DNA of 64,000 bases from Macrostomum lignano (taxonomy: Eukaryota), in contig NIVC01003328.1 of the NCBI GenBank assembly GCA_002269645.1, positions 1-64,000 of the forward strand, read 5' to 3'. Every line of letters begins with the position of its first letter. Position 1 is the first letter of the stretch. Positions 35,854 to 49,779 of the stretch are shown here, piece by piece. The position numbers and the translations under genes are program-made. The notes under the pieces were generated by a model. The model searched no databases and had not been told where the DNA came from. It saw nothing but the letters and a program-made list of their open reading frames with translations.

Positions 35854-37605
35854 CTACTACTCAAACTAAGTAACATGAGAGTAAGCACTAGTTTTAAGGC
35901 TGATTATCAATTTCATCTCCAAATTAGAATAGTTGGAGAGATATCAGAAGCTGATCAATCCAGAGAGAGTTTGAGTTATAAAAACAAGTTTAAGATCAAA
36001 TTCAAGTTTATTTTATTTTTGCTGCCACTTTTATTTATAGCGAAACTTTCTTAGTTGAGGAACAATGAGTCAGTAAATACCATAAAAAATTCAAAAGCAA
36101 AGCAAGAGTTTTTTCTATGGTATCTTACTATTGCAATATTGTACCTGATAAGATATGTGCCATATAAAGATGACAAGATACTAGGAATTAGTGGTGACAC
36201 ACTAAAGATGACATTTTTGTTTTAAAAATAATATTCACTATATTTTCAATATTGCATTCATTAAAACAAAATTGTGAAATTTTAAACATGACATTTTCTG
36301 AGAGATAAATAGGCCTATTGAAATATATAATATATATGGGAATATATGTCTCCCATTGAGTTGCCAGCTATCTAGAAGGAGATATGCATTAAATCTATCA
36401 AGCTGATCCACTCAGCTTTAGATATAAGAGATATATTTTATACTTAATAATAATCAAAACTCATTGAATTTAGTGATGTTCAGTATAATTTTATATTAAA
36501 AATCACTAATAACTGTAAGGCTTATGCTTAGCAGTATGTTTCTAACCCATTAAAAATCTTAAGCTATTACAAAAACAGAAAAATTGATAATCAATATAAA
36601 ACCAAAGCATAAAATAATTCTACTTACATGACTTTGGTGTACTTTTTTTAAAATAATTAGCCTTATAGATATGAGATATGAGATATGAATTATACTGCCC
36701 AAACAGGCTTTTTTCCTGAGCCAAACTTACTACTAATAGTATATTAGTATGAGTAGAAGTAGATAAACTCAAAACTTTTACATAAAGTTAAATTCCAATC
36801 TGCATGTTTAGAACTAAAATGTTGGCAACTATGAACTATAATATTTGCTTTTCAAGTTCCTCTTTTTTCTTTTAAAGAAACCAAATAATTGTAAAAGTAA
36901 CTTTAGAAGTTTAACTCAATTTTTAGCAATCGCTTTAAACAAATTTACTGAAATTTCATGCTTCTATTCTACCACCCTGCCTAATCCGAACAACGATGTC
37001 TGGCGATATGAAAAAATCAGGTGAGCATTTCGCTTTTATGGCTACTTATAGTAACAAAATTGAGGAACCCACATAATTGAGCACTAAGCACACTCGGCGT
37101 CCCAGTCTCTTCTGTCCCCCCTCCTTTGTCGGTCCCGCAGCCTGGCCCCATTTCCTGTCTCCCCCTCCCGTATCAATTATATTCTGGGCGCGCCGTCCCG
37201 CAGCCCTGCTCAGCTGGCCGCAAAGTCTTTGTAGATTTCTTTCTCTGATGATGCTTGTCAAAATGCTCCACCATTGCTTCTGCTGTCTGCTTTTTCTGTT
37301 ATCACTTTCTGTCGATATTTGAAAACATGAGCTCACCCTGCCAGGAATTCCCCTCAGGGCACTTGTCAGCCGGCCTGCCATGCGGGTCTCAGGATGCTGG
37401 GAGGCAGCTGATGAAGCTGAGCACCCCGTGAGCAATGCTGCTGAAGCCAAAGTATCTCAAATCATATTCATTGATTAGAGAAAGGTGACACTTGACGTGA
37501 ATTCGATTTGGGTTTCAATATTTTCCTGTATTTTTGTTGAGACGGACAGCGAGTTCTATGCTTCTTGTGTTGTGCTCAAACAGAACAGGCTGTGTTAGTG
37601 AAATC

Positions 37606-40600
37606 AGTTGGGTAAATACTCGTATTTGATTGATACTCGTAGTTGATAAATCACTCGTAGTTGATTGATACTCAGTTGATAGTTACTCGTAGTTGATTGA
37701 TTATGATTGATATCAACTACAAGTATCGAATATGATTGATACTTGTAGTTGATTGATACTCGTAGTTAATAAATCACTCGTAGTTGATTGATACTCGTAG
37801 TTGATTGATACTCGTAGTTGATTGATACTCATAGTTGATTGATACTTGTAGTTAATAAATCATTCGTAGTTGATTGACACTCGTAGTTGATTGATACTCG
37901 TATTTAATAAATCACTCGTAGTTGATTGATACTCGTAGTTGATTGATACTCGTAGTTGATTGATACTCGTAGTTAATAAATCACTCGTAGTTGATTGATA
38001 CTCGTAGTTGATTGATACTCGTAGTTGATTGATACTCAGTTGATTGATACTCGTAGTTGATTGATACTCGTAGTTGATTGATACTCGTAGTTGATTGATA
38101 CTCGTAGTTGATTGATACTCGTAGTTGATTGATACTCGCAGTTGATTGATACTCGTAGTTGATAAATATTCGTAGTTGATAAATATTCGTATTTGATAAA
38201 TACTCGTAGTTGATAAATACTCGTAGTTGATTGATACTCCTAGTTAATAAATCACTCGTAGTTAATAAATCGTTCGTAGTTGATTGATACTCTTAGTTGA
38301 TTGATACTTGTAGTTGATTGATACTTGCAGTTGATTGATACTCGTAGTTGATTGATACTCGTAGTTGATTGATACTCGTAGTTGATTGATACTCGTAGTT
38401 GATTGATACTCGTAGTTGATTGATACTCGTAGTTAATTGATACTCGTAGTTGATTGATACTCGTAGTTAATAAATCACTCGTAGTTAATAAATCGTTCGT
38501 AGTTGATTGATACTCTTAGTTGATTGATACTTGCAGTTGATTGATACTCGTAGTTGATTGATACTCGTAGTTGATTGATACTCGTATTTGATTGATACTT
38601 GCAGTTGATTGATACTCGTAGTTGATTGATACTCGTAGTTGATTGATACTTGTAGTTGATTGATACTCGTAGTTGATAAATACTCGTAGTTCATAAATAT
38701 TCGTATTTGATAAATACTCGTAGCTGATAAATACTCGTAGTTGATAAATACTCGTAGTTGATTGATACTCGTAGTTAATAAATCACTCGTAGTTGATGGA
38801 TACTCAGTTGATAGTTACTCGTAGTTGATTGATACTCGTAGTTGATTGATACTCGTATTTGATTGATACTCGTAGTTGATAAATATTCGTAGTTGATTGA
38901 TACTCGTAGTTGATTGATACTCGTAGTTCATAAATACTCGTAGTTCATAAATATTCGTATTTGATAAATACTCGTAGCTGATAAATACTCGTATTGGATA
39001 AATACTCGTAGTTGATTGATACTCAGTTGATAGTTACTCGTAGTTGATTGATACTCGTAGTTGATTGATACTCGCAGTTGATTGATACTCGTACCAGGTA
39101 TTTGATAAATACTCGTAGTTGATAGATAATCGTAGTTGATTGATACTCGTAGTTGATTGATACTCGTAGTTAATAAATCACTCGTAGTTAATAAATCGTT
39201 CGTAGTTGATTGATACTCGTAGTTGATTGATACTCGTAGTTGATTGATACTCGTAGTTGATTGATACTCGTAGTTGATTGATACTCGTAGTTGATTGATA
39301 CTCGTAGTTGATTGATACTCGTAGTTGATTGATACTCGTAGTTGATTGATACTCGTAGTTAATTGATACTCGTAGTTGATTGATACTCGTAGTTAATAAA
39401 TCACTCGTAGTTAATAAATCGTTCGTAGTTGATTGATACTCGTAGTTGATTGATACTCGTAGTTGATTGATACTCGTATTTGATTGATACTTGCAGTTGA
39501 TTGATACTCGTAGTTAATAAATACTCGTAGTTGATTGATACTCGTAGTTGATTGGTACTCGTAGTTGATTGATACTCAGTTGATTGATACTCGTAGTTGA
39601 TTGATACTCGTAGTTGATTGATACTCGTAGTTGATTGATACTCGTAGTTGATTGATACTCGTAGTTGATTGATACTCGTATTTGATTGATACTCGTAGTT
39701 GATAAATATTCGTAGTTGATAAATATTCGTATTTGATAAATACTCGTAGTTGATAAATACTCGTAGTTGATTGATACTCCTAGTTAATAAATCACTCGTA
39801 GTTAATAAATCGTTCGTAGTTGATTGATACTCTTAGTTGATTGATACTCGTAGTTGATTGATACTCGTAGTTGATTGATACTCATAGTTGATTGATACTC
39901 GTAGTTGATTGATACTTGTAGTTAATAAATCATTCGTAGTTGATTGACACTCGTAGTTGATTGATACTCGTAGTTGATTGATACTCATAGTTGATTGACA
40001 CTCGTAGTTGATTGATACTCGTATTTAATAAATCACTCGTAGTTGATTGATACTCGTATTTAATAAATCACTCGTAGTTGATTGATACTCGTAGTTGATT
40101 GATACTCGTAGTTAATAAATCAATCGTAGTTAATAAATCGTTCGTAGTTGATTGATACTCTTAGTTGATTGATACTCGTACTTAATAAATACTCGTAGTT
40201 GATTGATACTCGTAGTTGATTGATACTCGTAGTTGATTGATACTCGTAGTTGATTGATACTCAGTTGATTGATACTCGTAGTTGATTGATACTCGTAGTT
40301 GATTGATACTCGTAGTTGATTGATACTCGCAGTTGATTGATACTCGTATTTGATTGATACTCGTAGTTGATAAATATTCGTAGTTGATAAATATTCGTAT
40401 TTGATAAATACTCGTAGTTGATAAATACTCGTAGTTGATTGATACTCCTAGTTAATAAATCACTCGTAGTTAATAAATCGTTCGTAGTTGATTGATACTC
40501 TTAGTTGATTGATACTCGTAGTTGATTGATACTTGCAGTTGATTGATACTCGTAGTTGATTGATACTCGTAGTTGATTGATACTCGTAGTTGATTGATAC

Positions 40601-43600
40601 TTGTAGTTGATTGATACTCGTAGTTGATTGATACTCGTAGTTGATTGATACTCGTAGTTGATTGATACTCGTAGTTAATAAATCACTCGTAGTTAATAAA
40701 TCGTTCGTAGTTGATTGATACTCTTAGTTGATTGATACTCGTAGTTGATTGATACTTGCAGTTGATTGATACTCGTAGTTGATTGATACTCGTAGTTGAT
40801 TGATACTCGTAGTTGATTGATACTCGTATTTGATTGATACTTGCAGTTGATTGATACTCGTAGTTGATTGATACTCGTAGTTGATTGATACTCGTAGTTG
40901 ATTGATACTCGTAGTTGATTGATACTCGTAGTTCATAAATACTCGTAGTTCATAAATATTCGTATTTGATAAATACTCGTAGCTGATAAATACTCGTATT
41001 GGATAAATACTCGTAGTTGATTGATACTCAGTTGATAGTTACTCGTAGTTGATTGATACTCGTAGTTGATTGATACTCGTAGTTGATTGATACTCGTAGT
41101 TGATTGATACTCGTAGTTAATAAATCATTCGTAGTTGATTGACACTCGTAGTTGATTGACACTCGTAGTTGATTGATACTCGTATTTAATAAATCACTCG
41201 TAGTTGATTGATACTCGTAGTTCATTGATACTCGTAGTTAATAAATACTCGTAGTTGATTGATACTCGTAGTTGATTGGTACTCGTAGTTGATTGATACT
41301 CAGTTGATTGATACTCGTAGTTGATTGATACTCGTAGTTGATTGATACTCGTAGTTGATTGATACTCGTAGTTGATTGATACTCGTATTTGATTGATACT
41401 CGTAGTTGATAAATACTCGTAGTTGATTGATACTCCTAGTTAATAAATCACTCGTAGTTAATAAATCGTTCGTAGTTGATTGATACTCAGTTGATTGATA
41501 CTCGTAGTTGATTGATACTCGTAGTTGATAAATATTCGTAGTTGATAAATATTCGTAGTTGATAAATATTCGTATTTGATAAATACTCGTAGTTGATAAA
41601 TACTCGTAGTTGATTGATACTCCTAGTTAATAAATCACTCGTAGTTAATAAATCGTTCGTAGTTGATTGATACTCTTAGTTGATTGATACTCGTAGTTAA
41701 TAAATCACTCGTAGTTGATTGATACTCGTAGTTGATTGATACTCGTAGTTGATTGATACTCATAGTTGATTGATACTCGTAGTTGATTGATACTTGTAGT
41801 TAATAAATCATTCGTAGTTGATTGACACTCGTAGTTGATTGATACTCGTATTTAATAAATCACTCGTAGTTGATTGATACTCGTAGTTGATTGATACTCA
41901 TAGTTGATTGATACTCGTAGTTGATTGATACTTGTAGTTAATAAATCATTCGTAGTTGATTGATACTCGTAGTTGATTGATACTCGTATTTAATAAATCA
42001 CTCGTAGTTGATTGATACTCGTAGTTGATTGATACTCGTAGTTGATTGATACTCGTAGTTGATTGATACTCGTAGTTAATAAATCAATCGTAGTTAATAA
42101 ATCGTTCGTAGTTGATTGATACTCTTAGTTGATTGATACTCGTACTTAATAAATACTCTTAGTTGATTGATACTCGTAGTTGATTGATACTCGTAGTTGA
42201 TTGATACTCGTAGTTGATTGATACTCAGTTGATTGATACTCTTAGTTGATTGATACTCGTAGTTGATAAATATTCGTAGTTGATAAATATTCGTAGTTGA
42301 TAAATACTCGTAGTTGATAAATACTCGTAGTTGATTGATACTTGCAGTTGATTGATACTCGTAGTTGATTGATACTCGTAGTTGATTGATACTCGTAGTT
42401 GATTGATACTCGTAGTTGATTGATACTCGTAGTTGATTGATACTCGTAGTTGATTGATACTCGTAGTTAATAAATCACTCGTAGTTAATAAATCGTTCGT
42501 AGTTGATTGATACTCGTAGTTGATTGATACTCGTATTTGATTGATACTCGTAGTTGATAAATATTCGTAGTTGATAAATATTCGTATTTGATAAATACTC
42601 GTAGTTGATAAATACTCGTAGTTGATTGATACTCGTAGTTGATTGATACTCGTAGTTGATTGATACTCGTAGTTGATTGATACTCGTAGTTAATAAATCA
42701 CTCGTAGTTAATAAATCGTTCGTAGTTGATTGATACTTGCAGTTGATTGATACTCGTAGTTGATTGATACTCGTAGTTGATTGATACTCGTAGTTGATTG
42801 ATACTCGTATTTGATTGATACTTGCAGTTGATTGATACTCGTAGTTGATTGATACTCGTAGTTGATTGATACTCGTAGTTGATTGATACTCGTATTTGAT
42901 TGATACTCGTAGTTGATAAATATTCGTAGTTGATAAATATTCGTATTTGATAAATACTCGTAGTTGATAAATACTCGTAGTTGATTGATACTCGTAGTTG
43001 ATTGATACTCGTAGTTGATTGATACTCGTAGTTGATAAATACTCGTAGTTCATAAATATTCGTATTTGATAAATACTCGTAGCTGATAAATACTCGTAGT
43101 TGATAAATACTCGTAGTTGATTGATACTCGTAGTTGATTGATACTCGTAGTTGATTGATACTCGTAGTTGATAAATACTCGTAGTTCATAAATATTCGTA
43201 TTTGATAAATACTCGTAGTTGATTGATACTCGTAGTTAATAAATCACTCGTAGTTGATGGATACTCAGTTGATAGTTACTCGTAGTTGATTGATACTCGT
43301 AGTTGATTGATACTCGTATTTGATTGATACTCGTAGTTGATAAATATTCGTAGTTGATTGATACTCGTAGTTGATTGATACTCGTAGTTCATAAATACTC
43401 GTAGTTCATAAATATTCGTATTTGATAAATACTCGTAGCTGATAAATACTCGTATTGGATAAATACTCGTAGTTGATTGATACTCGTAGTTAATAAATCA
43501 CTCGTAGTTGATGGATACTCAGTTGATAGTTACTCGTAGTTGATTGATACTCGTAGTTGATTGATACTCGCAGTTGATTGATACTCGTATTAGGTATTTG

Positions 43601-44006
43601 ATAAATACTCGTAGTTGATAGATAATCGTAGTTGATTGATACTCGTAGTTAATAAATCACTCGTAGTTAATAAATCGTTCGTAGTTGATTGATACTCGTA
43701 GTTGATTGATACTCGTAGTTGATAAATACTCGTAGTTGATTGATACTCGTAGTTGATTGATACTCGTAGTTGATAAATACTCGTAGTTGATTGATACTCG
43801 TAATTGATAAATACTCGTAGTTGATTGATACTCGTAGTTGATTGATACTCGCAGTTGATTGATACTCGTAGTTGATTGATACTCGTAGTTGATTGATACT
43901 CGTAGTTGATTGATACTCGTATTTGATAAATACTCGTAGTTGATTGATACTCGTAGTTGATAAATACTCGTATTTGATAGATAATCGTAGTTGAGTTACT
44001 CGCAGC
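37606..44006. repeat. 6.4-kb satellite, 17-bp unit GTAGTTGATTGATACTC with variants (GTAGTTGATAAATACTC, GTAGTTAATAAATCACTC)
   Basis: Hundreds of directly visible tandem copies; variant blocks recur in the same order. Confidence 0.98.
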
Positions 44007-44854
44007 TGGTGCACAACTTGCATGGCTGACGTCTTGGTCGGTCTATTGACCGGTTCCTGGCATTCGCCAGTGACTGAATCTCTGCGGCTGCCTGGAGTTT
44101 CTGTACTCAGGCATTCTCAGATCCCGTCTACGTTCTCAGAGCTGTTGTTCCCCCCGGGTTGCCCCCACAAAACACTCCGTTTCTCCCCCCTCATCTGCTT
44201 TCATGCGGCTCTCTGTCCTCGTAAGGGGAGTTTTCTAAGAAACACCGCGGCCCCAGCGACCCAGAACCGGCCTTCCTCCTCTCCGTTCCCTATTGAAATC
44301 TGCTCACGCAGTCCCGGCTATTGAAACTGCCCCGCTAGACCTGCGATGGCGCGTTTCCTCGCAAATCTGGACTACAAGAGCCCAGCTTCCGGCGCGGAAA
44401 TTGCTAATAAATGTCAGCATGCAAATTAGGGGGCTCAGCGCTGGGGCCTGAGCTTGAGTCCGCCCGCCCGCACGCTCAGACACGCACGACTCAATAAGCT
44501 CCGGTCCGGGGGAGCGCCGGTGAGGATTAAGATAAATGGGACAGGCCCGGCGCTGGAGGTGGCTCTTTGTCACCCGGCCTCCCCAAGATGGATTGTTTGG
44601 TGAAGGAAACTCGCGTGTAAATCACCGCCTCGCTAGCAGCAACAACGGCCGATTAAGGCCCGATGGCGTGCGCGCAACAAACCTCAGGGCGCCGGGCTCC
44701 TTCCATTTCCTGACCCCTGCGCCCCCAGCCTCCCTTGCCTGTCTGCTCTTCATCTTCTCCGGCTTCCTCGCAGATGTGGGTCCTGAGTGTTTTTTTGCTC
44801 TCAGTTTCCGGGGCTCTGAATTTGAATTGAAATTTTCCTGTTTTCTTGAAATTG

Positions 44855-45216
44855 TCTTAGGTGAGATTCTCTTGAGATTGTCTTGGGTGAGTTTCTCTTG
44901 AGGTTGTCTTGGGTGAGATTCTTTTGAGATTGTCTTGAAAAGATTCTCTTGAGATTTTCTTAGGTGAGATTGTCGTGGGTGAGATTCTCTTGAGCTTGTC
45001 TTATGTGAGATTGTCTTGGGTGAGATTCTCTTGAGCTTGCTTGTCTTATGTGAGATTGTCTTGGGTGAGATTCTCTTGAGCTTGTCTTATGTGAGATTGT
45101 CTTGGGTGAGATTCTCTTGAGCTTGTCTTGGGTGAGATTCTCTTGAGTTTGTCTTGGGTGAGATTCTCTTGAGCTTGTCTTGGGTGAGATTCTCTTGAGC
45201 TTGTCTTATGTGAGAT
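44855..45216. repeat. Minisatellite, 26-bp TCTTGGGTGAGATTCTCTTGAGCTTG interleaved with 15-bp TCTTATGTGAGATTG
   Basis: Visible tandem copies. Confidence 0.9.
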
Positions 45217-48051
45217 TATTGTGAAACTATCATATGAATATTTTTGAGCTTATCCTATCTAAGATTCTGCAAATTATGATCGTCAAATGCATGTTAATGA
45301 CGCGATTAATGAGCAGGTAGACAAGTAGATTGCCATCTAGTATAGCCTATATAAACTTACGCTTTGTAGTCAGTCAGCGTTGATTTGAAAGCCTGTGACG
45401 TGCGGCTTCCTGGCTGAAATCTTGGCCTGACTGCCTTGAACTTTGGCATTCATTTTTTCAATCTTTTTTCATTCGTTCCGCCTCGCGCGTCACAGCCGGT
45501 GATGCAGGGGGCGACTTGTTTTTCTTTTTTCTCTGCTTTGTTATTCATTTCGCATCCAGCCGGAGGGGCTGACAAGTCAAACTGAGCAAACAGCCCGAAG
45601 GTAGGCGTTTTTGTTGAACTCTAAATTTGAAATGGTACGAGCTAGTATTAGAATTGTGAAACCTTCGAGTCGGCCTTGCTCAGCTTGACTCGGCTCAGCT
45701 CGAGTCGGTTGGCTATGAGAAAATTAAAAGCAACTCCAGTTCGGGAAGCGGGGGATGAGGATTGGAATTGAGCCGTCCTGACGCAAGCTGGCGGGCGGGG
45801 CCGACTGTTACGTCATAAGCCGGGCTGTTTGTCTGTCGCAGATTGAATTTTTGACGCTTATTATGAGCTCGAGAAGCCGACTGGGGGCTGGGATTGGGAT
45901 GAGCTTGAGCAGCCCTTTCGGTGTTGAGTTCGGGCTGAGTCGGGACTGCTGGTTACTGGGCCATTACCAACGGGCGGGGGTTGACAGGGCAGAGAGACAG
46001 CTAGCGGGCCGGCTCATCAGACTGGAGCTGCAATGCTTGGGCGCATTTAAAGGCACTTAATTACCATGGGGCTGCTGCAGCCGGCCGGCCTCTCAAGGAG
46101 GCCCCCCTCCCGTGGCAGCGAAGTTTCACTGAGCGGAAATCATTTAGACAGAGGCGTAATGAGAAGTGAATTGTCTCCTTCCGCCAGCCAGCGCCTCCCA
46201 AGCGGCCCCCTGTAGCTGGCCGGCCCTCTTTGATCTGATCGGCTACAAATCGCTTCTTAATACTTGGCCGGGCCGTGGCCATGATGAAATATTCAACGCG
46301 CCTTCGGGACCGGCCGTGACTCACCCCGACTCTCGCCTGCTGTGCGATCAACTTTGGCCAAGCTGTTCTGTTCTGTCATTAAAGAGGCGGGCGATTATAA
46401 AGTTTAGAAACTTTCTTTGAGTCAATCACGGACTAGGCGGTGCGACTATTTTGATGCAGCATCAGCTTCCACAAGCTCCTAACGCTCTCTACGTTGCAGC
46501 CCGAACCCTAACCCAGCTTTTGAATTTCGTAGCATATCCATGATGTCTTATATAGCCTTTTTACTCACAATCCCCTTCTAATCAGGCCTGAAACTCACAA
46601 GCTTAACACCCGTTCCCAGTTTTCCAACTCCAAGAATTACAAACTTTCTAAATCCCAAATTAGAAAGCACCAGAACTTTCCAAAGCTAAAAAAATCATGA
46701 CTGAATCAACCTCCAAGACTTGAATCAGAAGCTTCCTAAATCCCATTTTTCGTGATTCGTGAACTCCAATGTGGCGGTGTCTGGTGCATGAAGACAGATA
46801 TTCACAGGCTTTACTATTCATTCCTGTCTGCAGAGAGCTGTCCGATGAGCTCAGTCTGCATACACTTGGCGGCATTAATTGGTCCTGGACTCCTGGCTCA
46901 GCCACAAAAATCCGTCTTTCTTGCTTGTGGCTCATTTTGAACTGTTTGCTTAATGCGATCGCCCCATTCTCTGTTGTCAATTACTAGAAGGAGTTGCCAT
47001 GCCGCAGTTGTGACAGGCCGGTGGTTGAGACGCCGACTCAATCAAGTTGAGAATGTTGAGCCTTTAAATAGCAACTTTTAATAGGCCTATCCATAGTTCT
47101 GTTTCATATGGAACCTGCGGGCTATGCGGCTGCGATGTTTATCTACTGCGGGGCGGAGGTCGCAGACGGCCGCCTCAGCAGGCCAACGCAGATCTGGCGT
47201 GTCGATATTGCGAGTTTTCCCTTGATTTATCGCCTTGTTTTCCCTTGCCAACTGCCGCCCCGCGCCATTCCAAAACACTGCAGGGCCATTCTATATTGCC
47301 GTCCCCGCCTCAACTTGCAAGACGTTGATAAAGCGATTGAGGCCATTATTTAGCGAGGATTTTTTTAAGCGGCAGTGGAAGGTGGAGAAAATTGTGCAGC
47401 CAACTTAACTATGAGCGCAAAGAAATCCTGGGATTAAAATCCCAACTAATCTTAAGGAAATGCGAGCAATAAAATAGCGAATTTTGAGTTTCTGATGGCT
47501 GCCGGCTGGCTATCGGCTGTCAGGCCGGCAGTTCTGTGCGTGTATTTTGTGTTTAAGACTGTCCCTCTGCTTCTGCTATGCTTTGAAATTGCTTTTTTAT
47601 ATGCGCTTTCGGAATGGGGGGGTCCGAGCTCGCTGATGGGGCGGCAAGAGCAGATTAGGAATAGGGAAGAGTTTTAGGGTCAAGCAGAAATCGAGATAAG
47701 ACTGCACAGTCTCACGGCTATCTTTTTATACATGTGTGGGATTTCCGTGTTTGACGAATAAAAGCAGAATTTACAGAAAAAAGACAACAGTTCGCAAATT
47801 CGGACCGAGCTTGGCCTAGTGCCGACCTCAGTCCGTATGCAAGCAATATGGCCTAAGCATTGTATAATAGATTTATGCATGAAACCTGTATAGTCAACAC
47901 GATTAGATATATATGATATGGTAATAATACGGTGGGCATTGCATGCGCTACCTACGGCCCTGCGGCCTTTTGCTATGTTCTTGGGAAAGTCCCAACTGTG
48001 TTCTGCAAAGTGAGTCAATTGTTTAGGTATGTAATTATCAGCTTAAAAATG

Positions 48052-49330
48052 TCACGTGTCGGGCGAGTCGGCGGCAGCAACGGCAGCCGGAGTTTCTGCC
48101 GTCGGGCTCGTCGGCGATGTTGCCGTGGTCGCTGGTGTGGGCGGCTTGGGACTGGGGAAGAGGCCGCTTGGCGGGATCAGCGGCAGCTGCGGCCGCGATA
48201 GCGGGAATGTTGGCGGCGGCTGAGGCTGTGACGGTGGCGACTGCTGGGCGGTTGTGCATCTGGGCGGCGGTGGCAGAGCGCCGAGAGGCGGCGGTGCAGC
48301 GGAGGCGACAGCGGCAGCAGCACTGGCGCGGCAGATCATGTCCATGTTGGCGATGACCTGATGCGCGCCCGGGTGGAAGGCCCAGTAGGGATTGGTCTGC
48401 AGGATGCGCTGCACCGCGGCAAAGTTGCCGGCCTCGGCCAGAAGTTCCAGGCCGACCGCTGTCTGCCGTTTCCACTTCGTCCTGGGCGGTGGGGTTTAGA
48501 AAATCATTTTTGCTTTTGTTTGCTTTGTAGCTTGAGAAATGGGCCCTTAACTAATAAAGGTGCTGATATTAATGACAGTCTCACCTGCGATTCTGGTACC
48601 AGGTTTGACTTGAGTATCGGTTAGATTCAGCCTCGCCGCCAGCTCCATCCGGTCCTGCACGCTGAGGTACTTCTGCCTTTCAAACGCCCGCTCTAGCTCG
48701 TTCAGCTGGTTGTCCGAGAAGGCGGTGCGCGCCTTGCGCGGCTTCTTTGCTTTCTGATCCCGGTGGTGCATTCCTGTATTGGAAAGATCGAAGTCAATAA
48801 ATTAGATATAACTACACCAGTTTAGCTCAATCTTGGGAATTTTATCCACCCGAAAGCCCGCACTCACTGGCTTCGTGTCCGCCGCTTCTGTCGCCAGCGT
48901 GCCCTGCAAACTTTTCACCAGCGCCGCCTCCGCCAGCCGCCCCGGAACCGCGCGACCACTTCGCCTCCAGCAGATCGTCGTCTTCTTCTTCGTCCATCTC
49001 GTCGTCGTCTTCATCATCCTCGATGACGGCGTCTTCGGGCTCGCCAATCGAGCGTCTGCGCTCGTCCCCGCTGCCACCGTCGCCAGCGCTGTTATTGTTT
49101 GAGTCGCCGCCCAGGATGTCAGTAATCATGAAACCGGTTGTCCGCCTGCGGACCTGTACGGAGGGCCGTGTTACCATTACTGCCGCAGCCGCTGCAGCGG
49201 CCGCCGACACTATAGCTTCGGCCTTTTCTGTGGCTTGCTCCACTGCGTCCTCGGTAGCAGCTTCGGTTGTCTCTGCATTGTCGCGATATTCCGCTGACAT
49301 TGTGGCTGTAAGGCGTCTCACTGCCGGCAT
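48052..49330 (-). CDS. BARHL: BarH-like (Barhl/BarH) NK-class homeobox gene; exons 49330-48868, 48773-48585, 48481-48052; 1-bp deletion in helix 3 at 48604-48606
   Basis: eh1 motif FMITDIL; homeodomain [47 protein letters not shown][T]WYQNR|RTKWKRQ followed by the Barhl signature [13 protein letters not shown]; canonical GTGAG donors and CAG acceptors. Start codon uncertain. Confidence 0.92.
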
Positions 49331-49779
49331 GCTGCTGTCTGCTGAGCTGCTTTGCTGGCTTCGGCTAGAGGGAATATCAGTTGCGATTTCTACCAGCAAC
49401 AACGATTTTGGTGCGATGAGTAGCGAGCTCTTGAGGCCACTTTTATGTTCGGGAGGAAGGGGTCGTTTGAGAAGAGGGTTGGGCGGCGCTGGGGATGGGG
49501 TTGCTGGCTTGGGGTGGGAGGCCCGCGTTGATGGGAAATATTTCCGCTCGGCTTGTCTGATTTGCTCGGCCGCAAATGGGCTCGGGGATGAGGCGGTGCG
49601 GAGCTGCCGGCGGATGAGGTGACGAAGATAGGACACTTTTCCTGGCCGCTTGTACAATTCCGTCAGTCAGTGAAGGGAAAGCTTTTATCGCCGACTCTGA
49701 GACCTCTTGATAAAGCGGCGGGGGCCACACTCCTCACTTAATCAGGGGAAGAGAGCTGGGTGGGGCGCGGAATGGGAAC

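Noticed and set aside
26000-37450. Hammerhead ribozyme cores at several CTGATGA sites
   Set aside because: None showed a correctly spaced GAAA with flanking stems on inspection.
38485-44023. NYEYQSTTSINQLRVSI-type ORFs
   Set aside because: Translations of the 17-bp satellite (17-aa periodicity).
49023-49622. 199-aa plus-strand ORF
   Set aside because: Antisense shadow of Barhl exon 1.
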